NCBI GenBank assembly: GCA_030446005.1
Contig: JASUSP010000017.1
Coordinates: 5,013 to 37,012, forward strand
DNA: 32,000 bases
Origin: Tepidanaerobacteraceae bacterium
GTDB taxonomy: Bacteria; Bacillota; Thermosediminibacteria; Thermosediminibacterales; Thermosediminibacteraceae
Direction: 5' to 3'
A program made the translations under genes and the position numbers. Positions within the stretch are counted from its first letter, which is position 1, and each line of letters opens with the position of its first letter. The notes under the pieces were generated by a model. That model did not search any database and had not been told where the DNA came from. It saw only the letters and a program-made list of their open reading frames with translations. Shown piece by piece: positions 16,025 to 23,230 of this stretch.

Positions 16025-16076
16025 ATTTATTTAATTCAACGCTTTCTTCTTAAATCCTCCATAGGAGGTAACATTT

Positions 16077-16778
16077 ATGAACATTTTTCTTAAGATTTTT
16101 TTGTACAGCTCCCTCTCCGGCCTAGCAGTAATACTGGGCGGCTTTTTTGGGACGAAAAAAATTCCGGATAAAATATTTGCCTTTATACTCACTTTCGGTT
16201 CAGGGGTGCTAATTTCGGTATTATCTTATTCTCTAATGCATGAAGCATATCGTCATTCAGGTGCGGTACTCACATCTTTGGCTTTCTTGACAGGAGGAAT
16301 CGTATTTTACGCTTTAGAAAGATTCCTTGTGAATAGAGTTACTCCTGGTATGGGCCTTATACTTGGGACCGCATTAGACGACCTACCTGAAGCACTCAGC
16401 ATGGGCATAGGTTTTGCAAGTGATACAGGGAGGCTGGGCATAGTGCTTGCGCTTTCGATTTTTTTACACAATATCCCGGAGGGCATCTCATCCACTACTG
16501 AATTAATAAGAGAAGGCAAATTTTCATCTAAGGCCGCTATGACTTTAGCAGGGTTAATTGCTTTGCTTGACCCTTTCGCAGCATTAAGCGGATACTATTT
16601 GCTAAAGGATATAGGTCAAACCTGGCTCGGAATGATAATGGCCTTCTCTGGAGGTTCAATTCTTTTTATGACCGGTACAGATATGATTCCAAAGGCTCAT
16701 CAAATAGGCGATGAAATCGACAATATGGGTCTTCTCATCGGCTTTCTTACCGCCTTTCTCCTGAGCAGACTTATGTGA
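16077..16778 (+). CDS. ZIP family metal (zinc) transporter
   Basis: 233 aa. HNIPEGISS motif, DDLPEALSMG, ~7-8 TM helices. GGAGGT RBS 7 nt upstream of the ATG. Confidence 0.85.
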   Translation: MNIFLKIFLYSSLSGLAVILGGFFGTKKIPDKIFAFILTFGSGVLISVLSYSLMHEAYRHSGAVLTSLAFLTGGIVFYALERFLVNRVTPGMGLILGTALDDLPEALSMGIGFASDTGRLGIVLALSIFLHNIPEGISSTTELIREGKFSSKAAMTLAGLIALLDPFAALSGYYLLKDIGQTWLGMIMAFSGGSILFMTGTDMIPKAHQIGDEIDNMGLLIGFLTAFLLSRLM

Positions 16779-16787
16779 AAAAAATGC

Positions 16788-18479
16788 TTATTCATTGATT
16801 TTTGCAAAACAGGTTTTCCCTTTATTGTAGAAGAATATTATTCCTATTTCATTTTTTCTAAAATCGTTCGTCAAGTCATAACGGAAAATTCCATAATTAA
16901 TTTTCTTCCATAATTCTCTTTCTGATAAACTTTGAGCTTCCGGCAAATTCTGTTCCAACCAATGCCTGTCGCTCAAAATCAACCTCACTTTATCTTTGAG
17001 TTTCCTGTCCTCTTTTAGCTCTACACAATCGGGAACAGAACCTTTACCGCCAGAATAAAAAAAGTCAAATTTAATAAGGTCTTTCACGAGCATTTCTTCT
17101 ACCTTCAAGGTTTTTGAAAAATCTTCGAGGTAATCGTATAGCGACTTTAGAGAAAGTTCTTTTCTGAAAAGGCCTTTTCCCCGCCAGTACCTGTACATCT
17201 CATAATAAAAATCAAAAGGTCTTTTAAAGGTTTTCGCAAGGTAGCCTAATGTAAACTTAAAACGGCCGGTATTGTAGTACTTATCGATGAGCTTTGCGAT
17301 ACCTTTGAGCACCGATAGTTCTTCATATCCTATCCACCGGTTGTAGAGGATTTCATAAGGAGCGCAAGACCTATAGACTATTCCGTACTCCTTCGCCTTT
17401 TCCCTCAGAACAGTACCTTTCAAAAGTTTCAAAAACCCCAATTGAATTTCATCGGGTTCGAGTCGGTATACATCGTCAAAAGCCTCGCTGAAACTTGCAA
17501 AGTCGTCATAAGGAAGGCCAGCGATTAAATCGACGTGGAGTTTTATCCCTGCTTTTTTTAAAAGTTCGACGCCCTTTATAGCTTTCTTAAAATCGGGATT
17601 TCTTGAAATTTCCTTTAAGCTTACAGGATTAGTCGTTTGTATTCCGACTTCAAACCTGAGCCTTTCTTCGATCCCCTCAAGAGCTTCTAAAAATCTGTTG
17701 TTTACAAGCTCCGGATTCACTTCACAGTGAAAAACCGTATCTCCGCCCAATCGTTTTATTATATTTAAAATCGCCACAGCTCTTTCAGGATTGCAGTTAA
17801 AGGAACGGTCCACCAATTTTACCAGAGGGACATTTTTATTTACAAAATAGGAAAAGTCCCTTTCTACTTTATCGAGGCTTGCCACCCTCACGGTGGAATC
17901 TAATGATGAAAGACAAAAAGCACATCTAAAAGGGCAGCCCCTTGACGTCTCGTAGTATACTATCCTGTTTTTTAAATCTTCACTTTCGTCGTATGAAAAA
18001 GGTATTCCATCCAACGATACAAATGGACCTTTTTCATTGATATGTATTCCGCCATCCCTGCGGTAGGCTAATCCGGGAACCTCCTCAAAAGAAAGGCAAC
18101 CGAGCATAGCATCTATAAGCTTTTTAAAGGAAAGCTCCCCTTCTCCGACGATGATGAAATCCACATAGTCGCATCCTTTTAAAACTTCACCGGCATCGTA
18201 TGAAACCTCCGGGCCGCCGAAGACTATCACAACTTCTGGTCTTACCTTCTTCAGGTTTTCCGCCAAATAATGTATATCTTCAATATTCCAGATATAACAT
18301 GAGAAAGCCACAATGTCGGGCTGTTTAAAAATAATTTCGTCCAATATATCATCCATATTGTCGTTAATTGTGCCTTCAAAAATCTCGATGTCCTCCAAGC
18401 CGCAAAAAGCTGCTATATTCCTAATCGCAAGGTTCGTATGTACGTATTTTGCATTTACACCTATCAACAATATCTTCAT
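16788..18479 (-). CDS. B12-binding-domain radical SAM protein with C-terminal DUF4080-type extension
   Basis: 563 aa. N-terminal MKILLIGVNAKYVHTNLAIRNIAAF (B12-binding-like). The radical SAM cluster motif CPFRCAFC follows ETSRG. Long C-terminal domain. Confidence 0.8.
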   Translation of the reverse strand: MKILLIGVNAKYVHTNLAIRNIAAFCGLEDIEIFEGTINDNMDDILDEIIFKQPDIVAFSCYIWNIEDIHYLAENLKKVRPEVVIVFGGPEVSYDAGEVLKGCDYVDFIIVGEGELSFKKLIDAMLGCLSFEEVPGLAYRRDGGIHINEKGPFVSLDGIPFSYDESEDLKNRIVYYETSRGCPFRCAFCLSSLDSTVRVASLDKVERDFSYFVNKNVPLVKLVDRSFNCNPERAVAILNIIKRLGGDTVFHCEVNPELVNNRFLEALEGIEERLRFEVGIQTTNPVSLKEISRNPDFKKAIKGVELLKKAGIKLHVDLIAGLPYDDFASFSEAFDDVYRLEPDEIQLGFLKLLKGTVLREKAKEYGIVYRSCAPYEILYNRWIGYEELSVLKGIAKLIDKYYNTGRFKFTLGYLAKTFKRPFDFYYEMYRYWRGKGLFRKELSLKSLYDYLEDFSKTLKVEEMLVKDLIKFDFFYSGGKGSVPDCVELKEDRKLKDKVRLILSDRHWLEQNLPEAQSLSERELWKKINYGIFRYDLTNDFRKNEIGIIFFYNKGKTCFAKINE

Positions 18480-18554
18480 CTTTATCCTCCACCGTAAATC
18501 CGCTTATTGTCTTTGTCTATACTTACTGAACAATAAGTAAAAGGTGTTTTTCTC

Positions 18555-19721
18555 CTAATAAGACTCGGTTACCTCTATTAATTCAACATTATCTGAACTC
18601 TTCTTTATAAATCCTTTAATATCAAATCTCTCCTCTGCCTTATGGACATCGTCCAGTTTCGGTCTAGTTTTCGGATGTTCAGGGACAAATATGGAACAAC
18701 AGTCGGCATACGGCTCAATGGAAATGTCGTAAGTGCCGATTTTTTTAGCCAGATCAATTATTTCCACTTTATCGAATCCTATGAGCGGCCTGAATACCGG
18801 CAGTCTTGCCACCTCATTAGTAGCCACCAAAGCTTCCATGGTTTGGCTGGCCACCTGCCCAATGCTTTCGCCAGTTATCAAAGCCTTTGCACCGATTTTT
18901 GTTGCTATTTCCTGGGAAATTCTAACCATCATCCGCCTCATCAATATTGTCAAAAGTTCGTTGGGACCTTTTTCTCCCAGTTCTTTGAGGACATCAGTAA
19001 AATTTACCACATGAAGGCGGATTTTGCCGCAATATTCTGCAAGAATCCGGCACAATTCAATAACCTTTTCTTTGGCCCTATCGCTGGTGAATGGAAAGCT
19101 ATGAAAGTAAACTGCCTCTATCGCAACTCCCCGTTTCATCACCATGTATCCCGCGACCGGACTGTCAATTCCACCGGACAGCAAAAGCAGAGCCTTCCCG
19201 TTCGATCCCACAGGAAGGCCACCGGGACCCGGGATTCTTTTGCAATAGACAAACCCTTTTTCCCTTACTTCTACATTGACTTCAATGTCCGGATTATGGA
19301 CATCCACCTTGAGTCCTTTTAAGTTTTTCAGAATATGAGCACCCACCATGCGGCTTATATCCGGAGATTTAATCGGAAAAGACTTGTTGGTTCTTCTGCT
19401 TTCTACTTTAAAGGTCTTACCTTTGTAATCGACTTCTTTAACTGCTTCCAGGGCAGCACTTTTGATTGACTCTATGTCCAGGTCACAGCTTTTTGCAGGA
19501 CTTATTGCTACAATCCCGAAAACCTTTTTTAGCCTTTCTATCACTTCATCCTGTGGTCCCGCTACCCTCACGTATATTCTCCCGTGGGTTTTCTTTACAT
19601 CCAACCCTTCAAACCCTTCGAGGGCCTGTTTTATCCTTTTTATCAAAATGCCTTCGAAAAACGGGCGGTTCTCTCCCTTTAACCCAATTTCTCCGAAGCT
19701 CAAAAGGTAAATGCTTTCCAT
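18555..19721 (-). CDS. thiI: tRNA 4-thiouridine(8) synthase ThiI (short form, no rhodanese domain)
   Basis: 388 aa. GEIGLKGENRPFFE (ferredoxin-like/THUMP N-terminus). PP-loop LLLSGGIDSPVAGYMVMKRG. Confidence 0.9.
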   Translation of the reverse strand: MESIYLLSFGEIGLKGENRPFFEGILIKRIKQALEGFEGLDVKKTHGRIYVRVAGPQDEVIERLKKVFGIVAISPAKSCDLDIESIKSAALEAVKEVDYKGKTFKVESRRTNKSFPIKSPDISRMVGAHILKNLKGLKVDVHNPDIEVNVEVREKGFVYCKRIPGPGGLPVGSNGKALLLLSGGIDSPVAGYMVMKRGVAIEAVYFHSFPFTSDRAKEKVIELCRILAEYCGKIRLHVVNFTDVLKELGEKGPNELLTILMRRMMVRISQEIATKIGAKALITGESIGQVASQTMEALVATNEVARLPVFRPLIGFDKVEIIDLAKKIGTYDISIEPYADCCSIFVPEHPKTRPKLDDVHKAEERFDIKGFIKKSSDNVELIEVTESY

Positions 19722-19724
19722 CCT

Positions 19725-20885
19725 CTACCTCCGAACGTATTTTCTTAATTCATTCACTTCTTTTTTCAAAATTTCCACTGTATAATCAATATCCTCGATA
19801 GAAAGAAACGGAGATAAGCTAAAACGAATAGCACCTTCTATCTCTTCATCTGTCTTGCCCATGGCGGCGAGCACATGACTTTTTACGCTTTTGTGCGACG
19901 AACAGGCCGACCCCGTAGATACATATATACCGTGAGATTCTAACGCGTGAAGAAGGACCTCCGCTTTCGTTCCGAGAAAGGATATATTAAGAATATGCGG
20001 CGCACCATCATCCGGCCCATTTAATACCGTATCCGGTATTTCTGAAAGAATCCCCGTCTTCAACCTTTCCTTTAATTCTCTCATCTTAACCTGCCATAAG
20101 CCAAAATTTTTAAATACAAGTTCTGCCGCTGCCGAAAAACCTGCTATCCCAGGGACGTTTTCCGTCCCTGAACGCAATCCTTCTTCCTGACCTCCTCCGT
20201 TAAATAAGGGCGTTATTTTCGTCCCTTCCCTGACAAACAGCGCTCCCACTCCCTTAGGTCCGTATATCTTGTGGGCGCTCAACGACAAGAGATGTACGCC
20301 GGAAAGATTAGGGATTAGCGGAACCTTTCCAAAAGCCTGGACTGCATCCACATGAAAAAGGGTATTTTTGTTTTGCGATATAATTTTTGCGGCGTCATGG
20401 ATGGGCTGTATTGATCCAACTTCGTTGTTTACGTACATAATGCTTACAAGTATTGTATCGGATTTTATCGCTTGTTTTAATTCTACTAAATTTATATGCC
20501 CCTTTTCATCCACATTAAGATAAGTAACGGAAAAACCTTCTTCTTCCAATTGTTTAAATACATCCAGCACAGAGGGGTGTTCTATCGATGTGGTTATAAG
20601 GTGCTTTCCATATCGCTTTCTGGCGTAAGCCGCTCCCTTTATCGCCAGATTGTTGGATTCAGTGCCGCCAGATGTAAAATAAATCTCCCTTGCTTTCACA
20701 CCTAAAAACAAAGCCAATTTTTCCCTGGCTTTATTGACTATTTTTTCAGCTTCCATACCTTTTCGGTGAAGCGAAGAAGGATTCCCAAAAGCTAAAGTCA
20801 AAGCGTGCACCATTGCATCGACGGCTTCTTTCGCTACTTTTGTGGTAGCGCTATTATCCAGGTAAACCTCTTTCATTTCCACCAC
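19725..20885 (-). CDS. Cysteine desulfurase, NifS/IscS (NifZ-like) family
   Basis: YLDNSATT, SGGTESNN, PLP-lysine context SLSAHKIYGPKG, active-site loop STGSACSS. Lies 3 nt upstream of thiI. The start is GTG 20885 or ATG 20876. Confidence 0.9.
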   Translation of the reverse strand: MVEMKEVYLDNSATTKVAKEAVDAMVHALTLAFGNPSSLHRKGMEAEKIVNKAREKLALFLGVKAREIYFTSGGTESNNLAIKGAAYARKRYGKHLITTSIEHPSVLDVFKQLEEEGFSVTYLNVDEKGHINLVELKQAIKSDTILVSIMYVNNEVGSIQPIHDAAKIISQNKNTLFHVDAVQAFGKVPLIPNLSGVHLLSLSAHKIYGPKGVGALFVREGTKITPLFNGGGQEEGLRSGTENVPGIAGFSAAAELVFKNFGLWQVKMRELKERLKTGILSEIPDTVLNGPDDGAPHILNISFLGTKAEVLLHALESHGIYVSTGSACSSHKSVKSHVLAAMGKTDEEIEGAIRFSLSPFLSIEDIDYTVEILKKEVNELRKYVRR

Positions 20886-21207
20886 GTGACCACTCCTTTA
20901 TATGTTCGTCTATTTTGTCAATTAATTCACCGTACCGTTTCATTATTTCTTTTGCCTTTTCCGTCAAAACCGCTCCGCCTCCGTATTCTCCTCCTTTGTG
21001 CCTCTCCAAAAGTTTGATCCCCAATCTTTTTTCTATAACCTTTATTTTCCCCCATGCTTGCCTGTAGGACATATTTTGAGCCTGAGCAGCCCTATTTATG
21101 GAACCGTATCTTTCCACTAACCGCAAGAGATTGTAAATTCCTTCACCAAAAACCTGTTTTCCATCATGTTCTATCCACACTTTATATTTAACTTCCATTA
21201 TTTTCAC
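20854..21207 (-). CDS. ModE N-terminal-domain-like winged-helix transcriptional regulator (117 aa)
   Basis: GSINRAAQAQNMSYRQAWGKIKVIEKRLGIKLLERHKGGEYGGGAVLTEKAKE matches the ModE/LysR-type HTH pattern (SxxxAAxxLxxSYRxAW ... GGxxGGGAxLT). Its 3' end overlaps the desulfurase start by ~25-30 nt. Confidence 0.7.
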   Translation of the reverse strand: MKIMEVKYKVWIEHDGKQVFGEGIYNLLRLVERYGSINRAAQAQNMSYRQAWGKIKVIEKRLGIKLLERHKGGEYGGGAVLTEKAKEIMKRYGELIDKIDEHIKEWSRGGNERGLPG

Positions 21208-21316
21208 CCTAAGTTAATTTTATTAAATAAAAGACTACAATTCAACTTCAAAAGCTATTTTTACCCACGAATATAAAAAAATACGGGAGGAAAAAATAAA
21301 CGTGGAGGTGGTTATC

Positions 21317-21526
21317 GTGCAATTGACCCAAAAAGAAAAGCTATTCTTGCAAGATACGCTGAGCCATGAAAAGGTAAGTGTTACAAAGTGCAATTTTTAC
21401 GCAGGCCAGGTGCAGGACCCACAAATAGCAAACATGCTCAGGAATCTAGCGACCAGGGGACAGCACCACATAGACACAATCACAAACCTTCTCAGCCAAG
21501 CGGGAATTCAGCCCCCATCCTATTAA
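21317..21526 (+). CDS. CotF-like small spore coat protein
   Basis: LTQKEKLFLQDTLSHEKVSVTKCNFYAGQVQDPQIANMLRNLATRGQHHIDTI resembles the Coat F domain. GTG 21317 with GGAGG 8 nt upstream is preferred over the track start 21302. Confidence 0.55.
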   Translation: MQLTQKEKLFLQDTLSHEKVSVTKCNFYAGQVQDPQIANMLRNLATRGQHHIDTITNLLSQAGIQPPSY

Positions 21527-21550
21527 GTTTAAAAGGAGGTTCGGTTTTTT

Positions 21551-21763
21551 ATGCATCAAACAGTTACTATCGCGGACAAAGATGTTATGAACGACGTGCT
21601 CATGACTATGAAATACCTGTCTGGCGTCTACGAAACGGCAATTATGGAATGCACCAACGAAGCTGTCAGGAATGCCCTCCGCCAGATTCAGGACGAAGAG
21701 CAGCAGAATGCAAAAATGGTTTTCGATTACATGCTTCAAAAAGGATGGTATAAACCGCAGTAA
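21551..21763 (+). CDS. Coat F domain spore coat protein
   Basis: 70 aa. DKDVMNDVLMTMKYLSGVYETAIMECTNEAVRNALRQIQDEEQQNAKMVFDYMLQKGWY is the typical CotF pattern. AGGAGG RBS upstream. Confidence 0.7.
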   Translation: MHQTVTIADKDVMNDVLMTMKYLSGVYETAIMECTNEAVRNALRQIQDEEQQNAKMVFDYMLQKGWYKPQ

Positions 21764-21766
21764 AAC

Positions 21767-21788
21767 AAGGCAGTCTTTTGACTGCCTT
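21767..21788. terminator. Bidirectional terminator between cotF-like (+) and queG (-)
   Basis: AAGGCAGTC-TTTT-GACTGCCTT, a perfect 9-bp stem, immediately after both convergent stop codons. Confidence 0.7.
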
Positions 21789-22799
21789 TTATCTCTTCAA
21801 GGCCCACATCGCGTGTTCCCTTATTAAGGGCGAAGGGTCGGAGAGAAGCTTTTCAAAGTATCTTTTACACCCTACTCCGGCATTTGCCAAAGCAACCGTT
21901 GCATTTCTGCGCAACACGTTTCTGCCGCGCCAGGCAATGGGGGTCAGCTTGAAGTTTTTATCGAATTCCACCTTATCCATAAAAATCAATTTAGTAAGAC
22001 GTCTTTCTATTTGATAGTCCAGCATAAACTCTTCATGCTTAACAAGGATAATTTTTTTATTCTTGGGACATGCTTCTTGACATATATCGCAGCCAAACAA
22101 TCGCAAGCCCATTATATCTCTAAATTCTTCAGGAATTGTCCCCTTCATTTGTGTAATATAAGAAAGGCATCGGAAAGGATTCAGTCGATACGGCTCTTCT
22201 AAAGCTCCCGTCGGACAGGCCTTTACACACTTGCCGCAGTTATCGCACAGGTTACGGCAAGGCATGTCCGGTTCTATTTCCAGGTCCGTTATCAACTCGC
22301 CTAAAAAAACCCAGGAACCAAACTCCTCGGTGAAAAGACACGTATTCTGACCAATCCAGCCTATTCCCGCCCGCCGGGCAGCCGCCCTTTCCAAAAGGCC
22401 TCCTGAATCGACGAATATTTTTGATTTGGCCCCCCACATGGAATAGATGAAATCGGCCATTAACTTTAATTTTTGAAAAAGCACAGCGTGATAGTCACGC
22501 ATTAAAGCATATTTTGATATTATTCCAAGGGGTTCTGACGAATTTTCTCCGGGAACATCCTCTTTTTCAAAAAAATAACTCACAGCAAAGCAAATAATCG
22601 TCTTTGCCCCGGGAAGATGCTTTTCGAGATGGCACCTGAGTTCTATATCGCTCTCTTCGAAAGGCGAAAAAAGTCCAGCCCTTTTCCTTTCCATCAATAT
22701 CTCTTTCTCTTCCCAAAAAGGTTCGGCACTCGCAAAGCCTATTTTATCGAACCCTATTTGTTTTGCGTAATTTCTAATTTGTTCTTTTCTGTCAAACAT
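21789..22799 (-). CDS. queG: tRNA epoxyqueuosine(34) reductase QueG
   Basis: 336 aa. Two ferredoxin-type motifs (CDNCGKCVKACPTGAL, CDICQEACPKN), an N-terminal DUF1730-like region and a C-terminal HEAT-like tail. Confidence 0.9.
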   Translation of the reverse strand: MFDRKEQIRNYAKQIGFDKIGFASAEPFWEEKEILMERKRAGLFSPFEESDIELRCHLEKHLPGAKTIICFAVSYFFEKEDVPGENSSEPLGIISKYALMRDYHAVLFQKLKLMADFIYSMWGAKSKIFVDSGGLLERAAARRAGIGWIGQNTCLFTEEFGSWVFLGELITDLEIEPDMPCRNLCDNCGKCVKACPTGALEEPYRLNPFRCLSYITQMKGTIPEEFRDIMGLRLFGCDICQEACPKNKKIILVKHEEFMLDYQIERRLTKLIFMDKVEFDKNFKLTPIAWRGRNVLRRNATVALANAGVGCKRYFEKLLSDPSPLIREHAMWALKR

Positions 22800-22811
22800 A
22801 AATTTATCACC

Positions 22812-22857
22812 AAAAAAATAAAAATAAAAACGGTTTTCGAAGAATACTCGAAAACCG
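22812..22857 (-). terminator. Rho-independent terminator of the 5S-tRNA unit
   Basis: On the minus strand, CGGTTTTCGA-GTATTCT-TCGAAAACCG (10-bp stem) is followed by TTTTTATTTTTATTTTTTT. Confidence 0.75.
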
Positions 22858-22866
22858 CGACCTTCT

Positions 22867-22954
22867 TGGTGCAGGGAGCGGGATTTGAACCCGCACGGAG
22901 CGAACCTCCACTACCCCCTCAAAGTAGCGTGTCTGCCAGTTCCACCATCCCTGC
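22867..22954 (-). tRNA. tRNA-Leu (anticodon GAG), type II with long variable arm, CCA encoded
   Basis: Hand-folded. Acceptor GCAGGGA/TCCCTGC. Anticodon arm CTACT-TTGAGGG-GGTAG. Variable arm TGGAGGTTCGCTCCGT. T-arm GCGGG-TTCAAAT-CCCGC. 3' ACCA. 88 nt. Confidence 0.9.
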
Positions 22955-22965
22955 AGTTTAAAAAA

Positions 22966-23040
22966 TGGCTCCTCGAGTAGGATTCGAACCTACGACCCTC
23001 CGGTTAACAGCCGGATGCTCTACCGCTGAGCTATCGAGGA
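22966..23040 (-). tRNA. tRNA-Asn (anticodon GTT), CCA encoded
   Basis: Hand-folded. Acceptor TCCTCGA/TCGAGGA. D-arm GCTC-AGCGGTA-GAGC. Anticodon arm TCCGG-CTGTTAA-CCGGA. T-arm GTAGG-TTCGAAT-CCTAC. GCCA end. 75 nt. Confidence 0.9.
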
Positions 23041-23054
23041 ACGCCATATTTTAA

Positions 23055-23174
23055 GATTTCGGCAGCGTCCTACTCTCCCGGGGAATACTCCCCAGTACCA
23101 TCGGCGCTGGAGGGCTTAACCTGTGTGTTCGGAATGGCTACCGGTGTTTCCCCTCCGCCATGGCCACCGAAATC
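23055..23174 (-). rRNA. rrf: 5S ribosomal RNA
   Basis: The minus strand reads GATTTCGGTGGCCATGGCGGAGGGGAAACACCGGTAGCCATTCCGAACACACAGGTTAAGCCCTCCAGCGCCGATGGTACTGGGG...GGGAGAGTAGGACGCTGCCGAAATC. Conserved CCGAAC, GATGGTA and AGAGTAGG blocks are present, and the terminal helix I pairs. Confidence 0.9.
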
Positions 23175-23201
23175 TTTTTATTCTACGCTTTCCACTTATA
23201 A

Positions 23202-23230
23202 ATTTTACATGCCTTTGCCTTTCCTGTCAA
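23202..23230 (-). promoter_or_regulatory. Near-consensus sigma-A type promoter for the 5S-tRNA unit
   Basis: The minus strand reads TTGACA (23230-23225), a 17-nt spacer, then TAAAAT (23207-23202), ~28 nt upstream of the 5S 5' end. The -35 box overlaps the acsV stop codon. Confidence 0.6.

Noticed and set aside
16056-16068. CCTCC-ATA-GGAGG mini-hairpin that would sequester the ZIP gene Shine-Dalgarno sequence (possible RNA thermometer or riboregulator)
   Set aside because: It has only 5 bp with a 3-nt loop. That is probably too weak to matter, especially if the organism is thermophilic, and there is no additional structure or conserved riboswitch-like element in the 52-bp spacer.
18480-18554. 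Inverted repeats (CTTATTGT...ACAATAAG and TACTTA...TAAGTA) between thiI and the radical SAM gene, as a terminator or riboswitch
   Set aside because: The stems are AT-rich and short, with no U-tract and no resemblance to a known riboswitch core. This is not enough to call a terminator, which is why co-transcription is left open in the corresponding finding.
18642-19322. 226-aa plus-strand ORF antisense to thiI
   Set aside because: It is fully embedded in the thiI coding sequence, which has a PP-loop and THUMP motifs on the minus strand. There is no RBS and no recognisable domain.
21388-21753. 121-aa plus-strand ORF spanning both CotF-like genes
   Set aside because: It is out of frame with two ORFs that each show Coat F-type sequence patterns and have their own GGAGG sites. 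Its product has no recognisable features.
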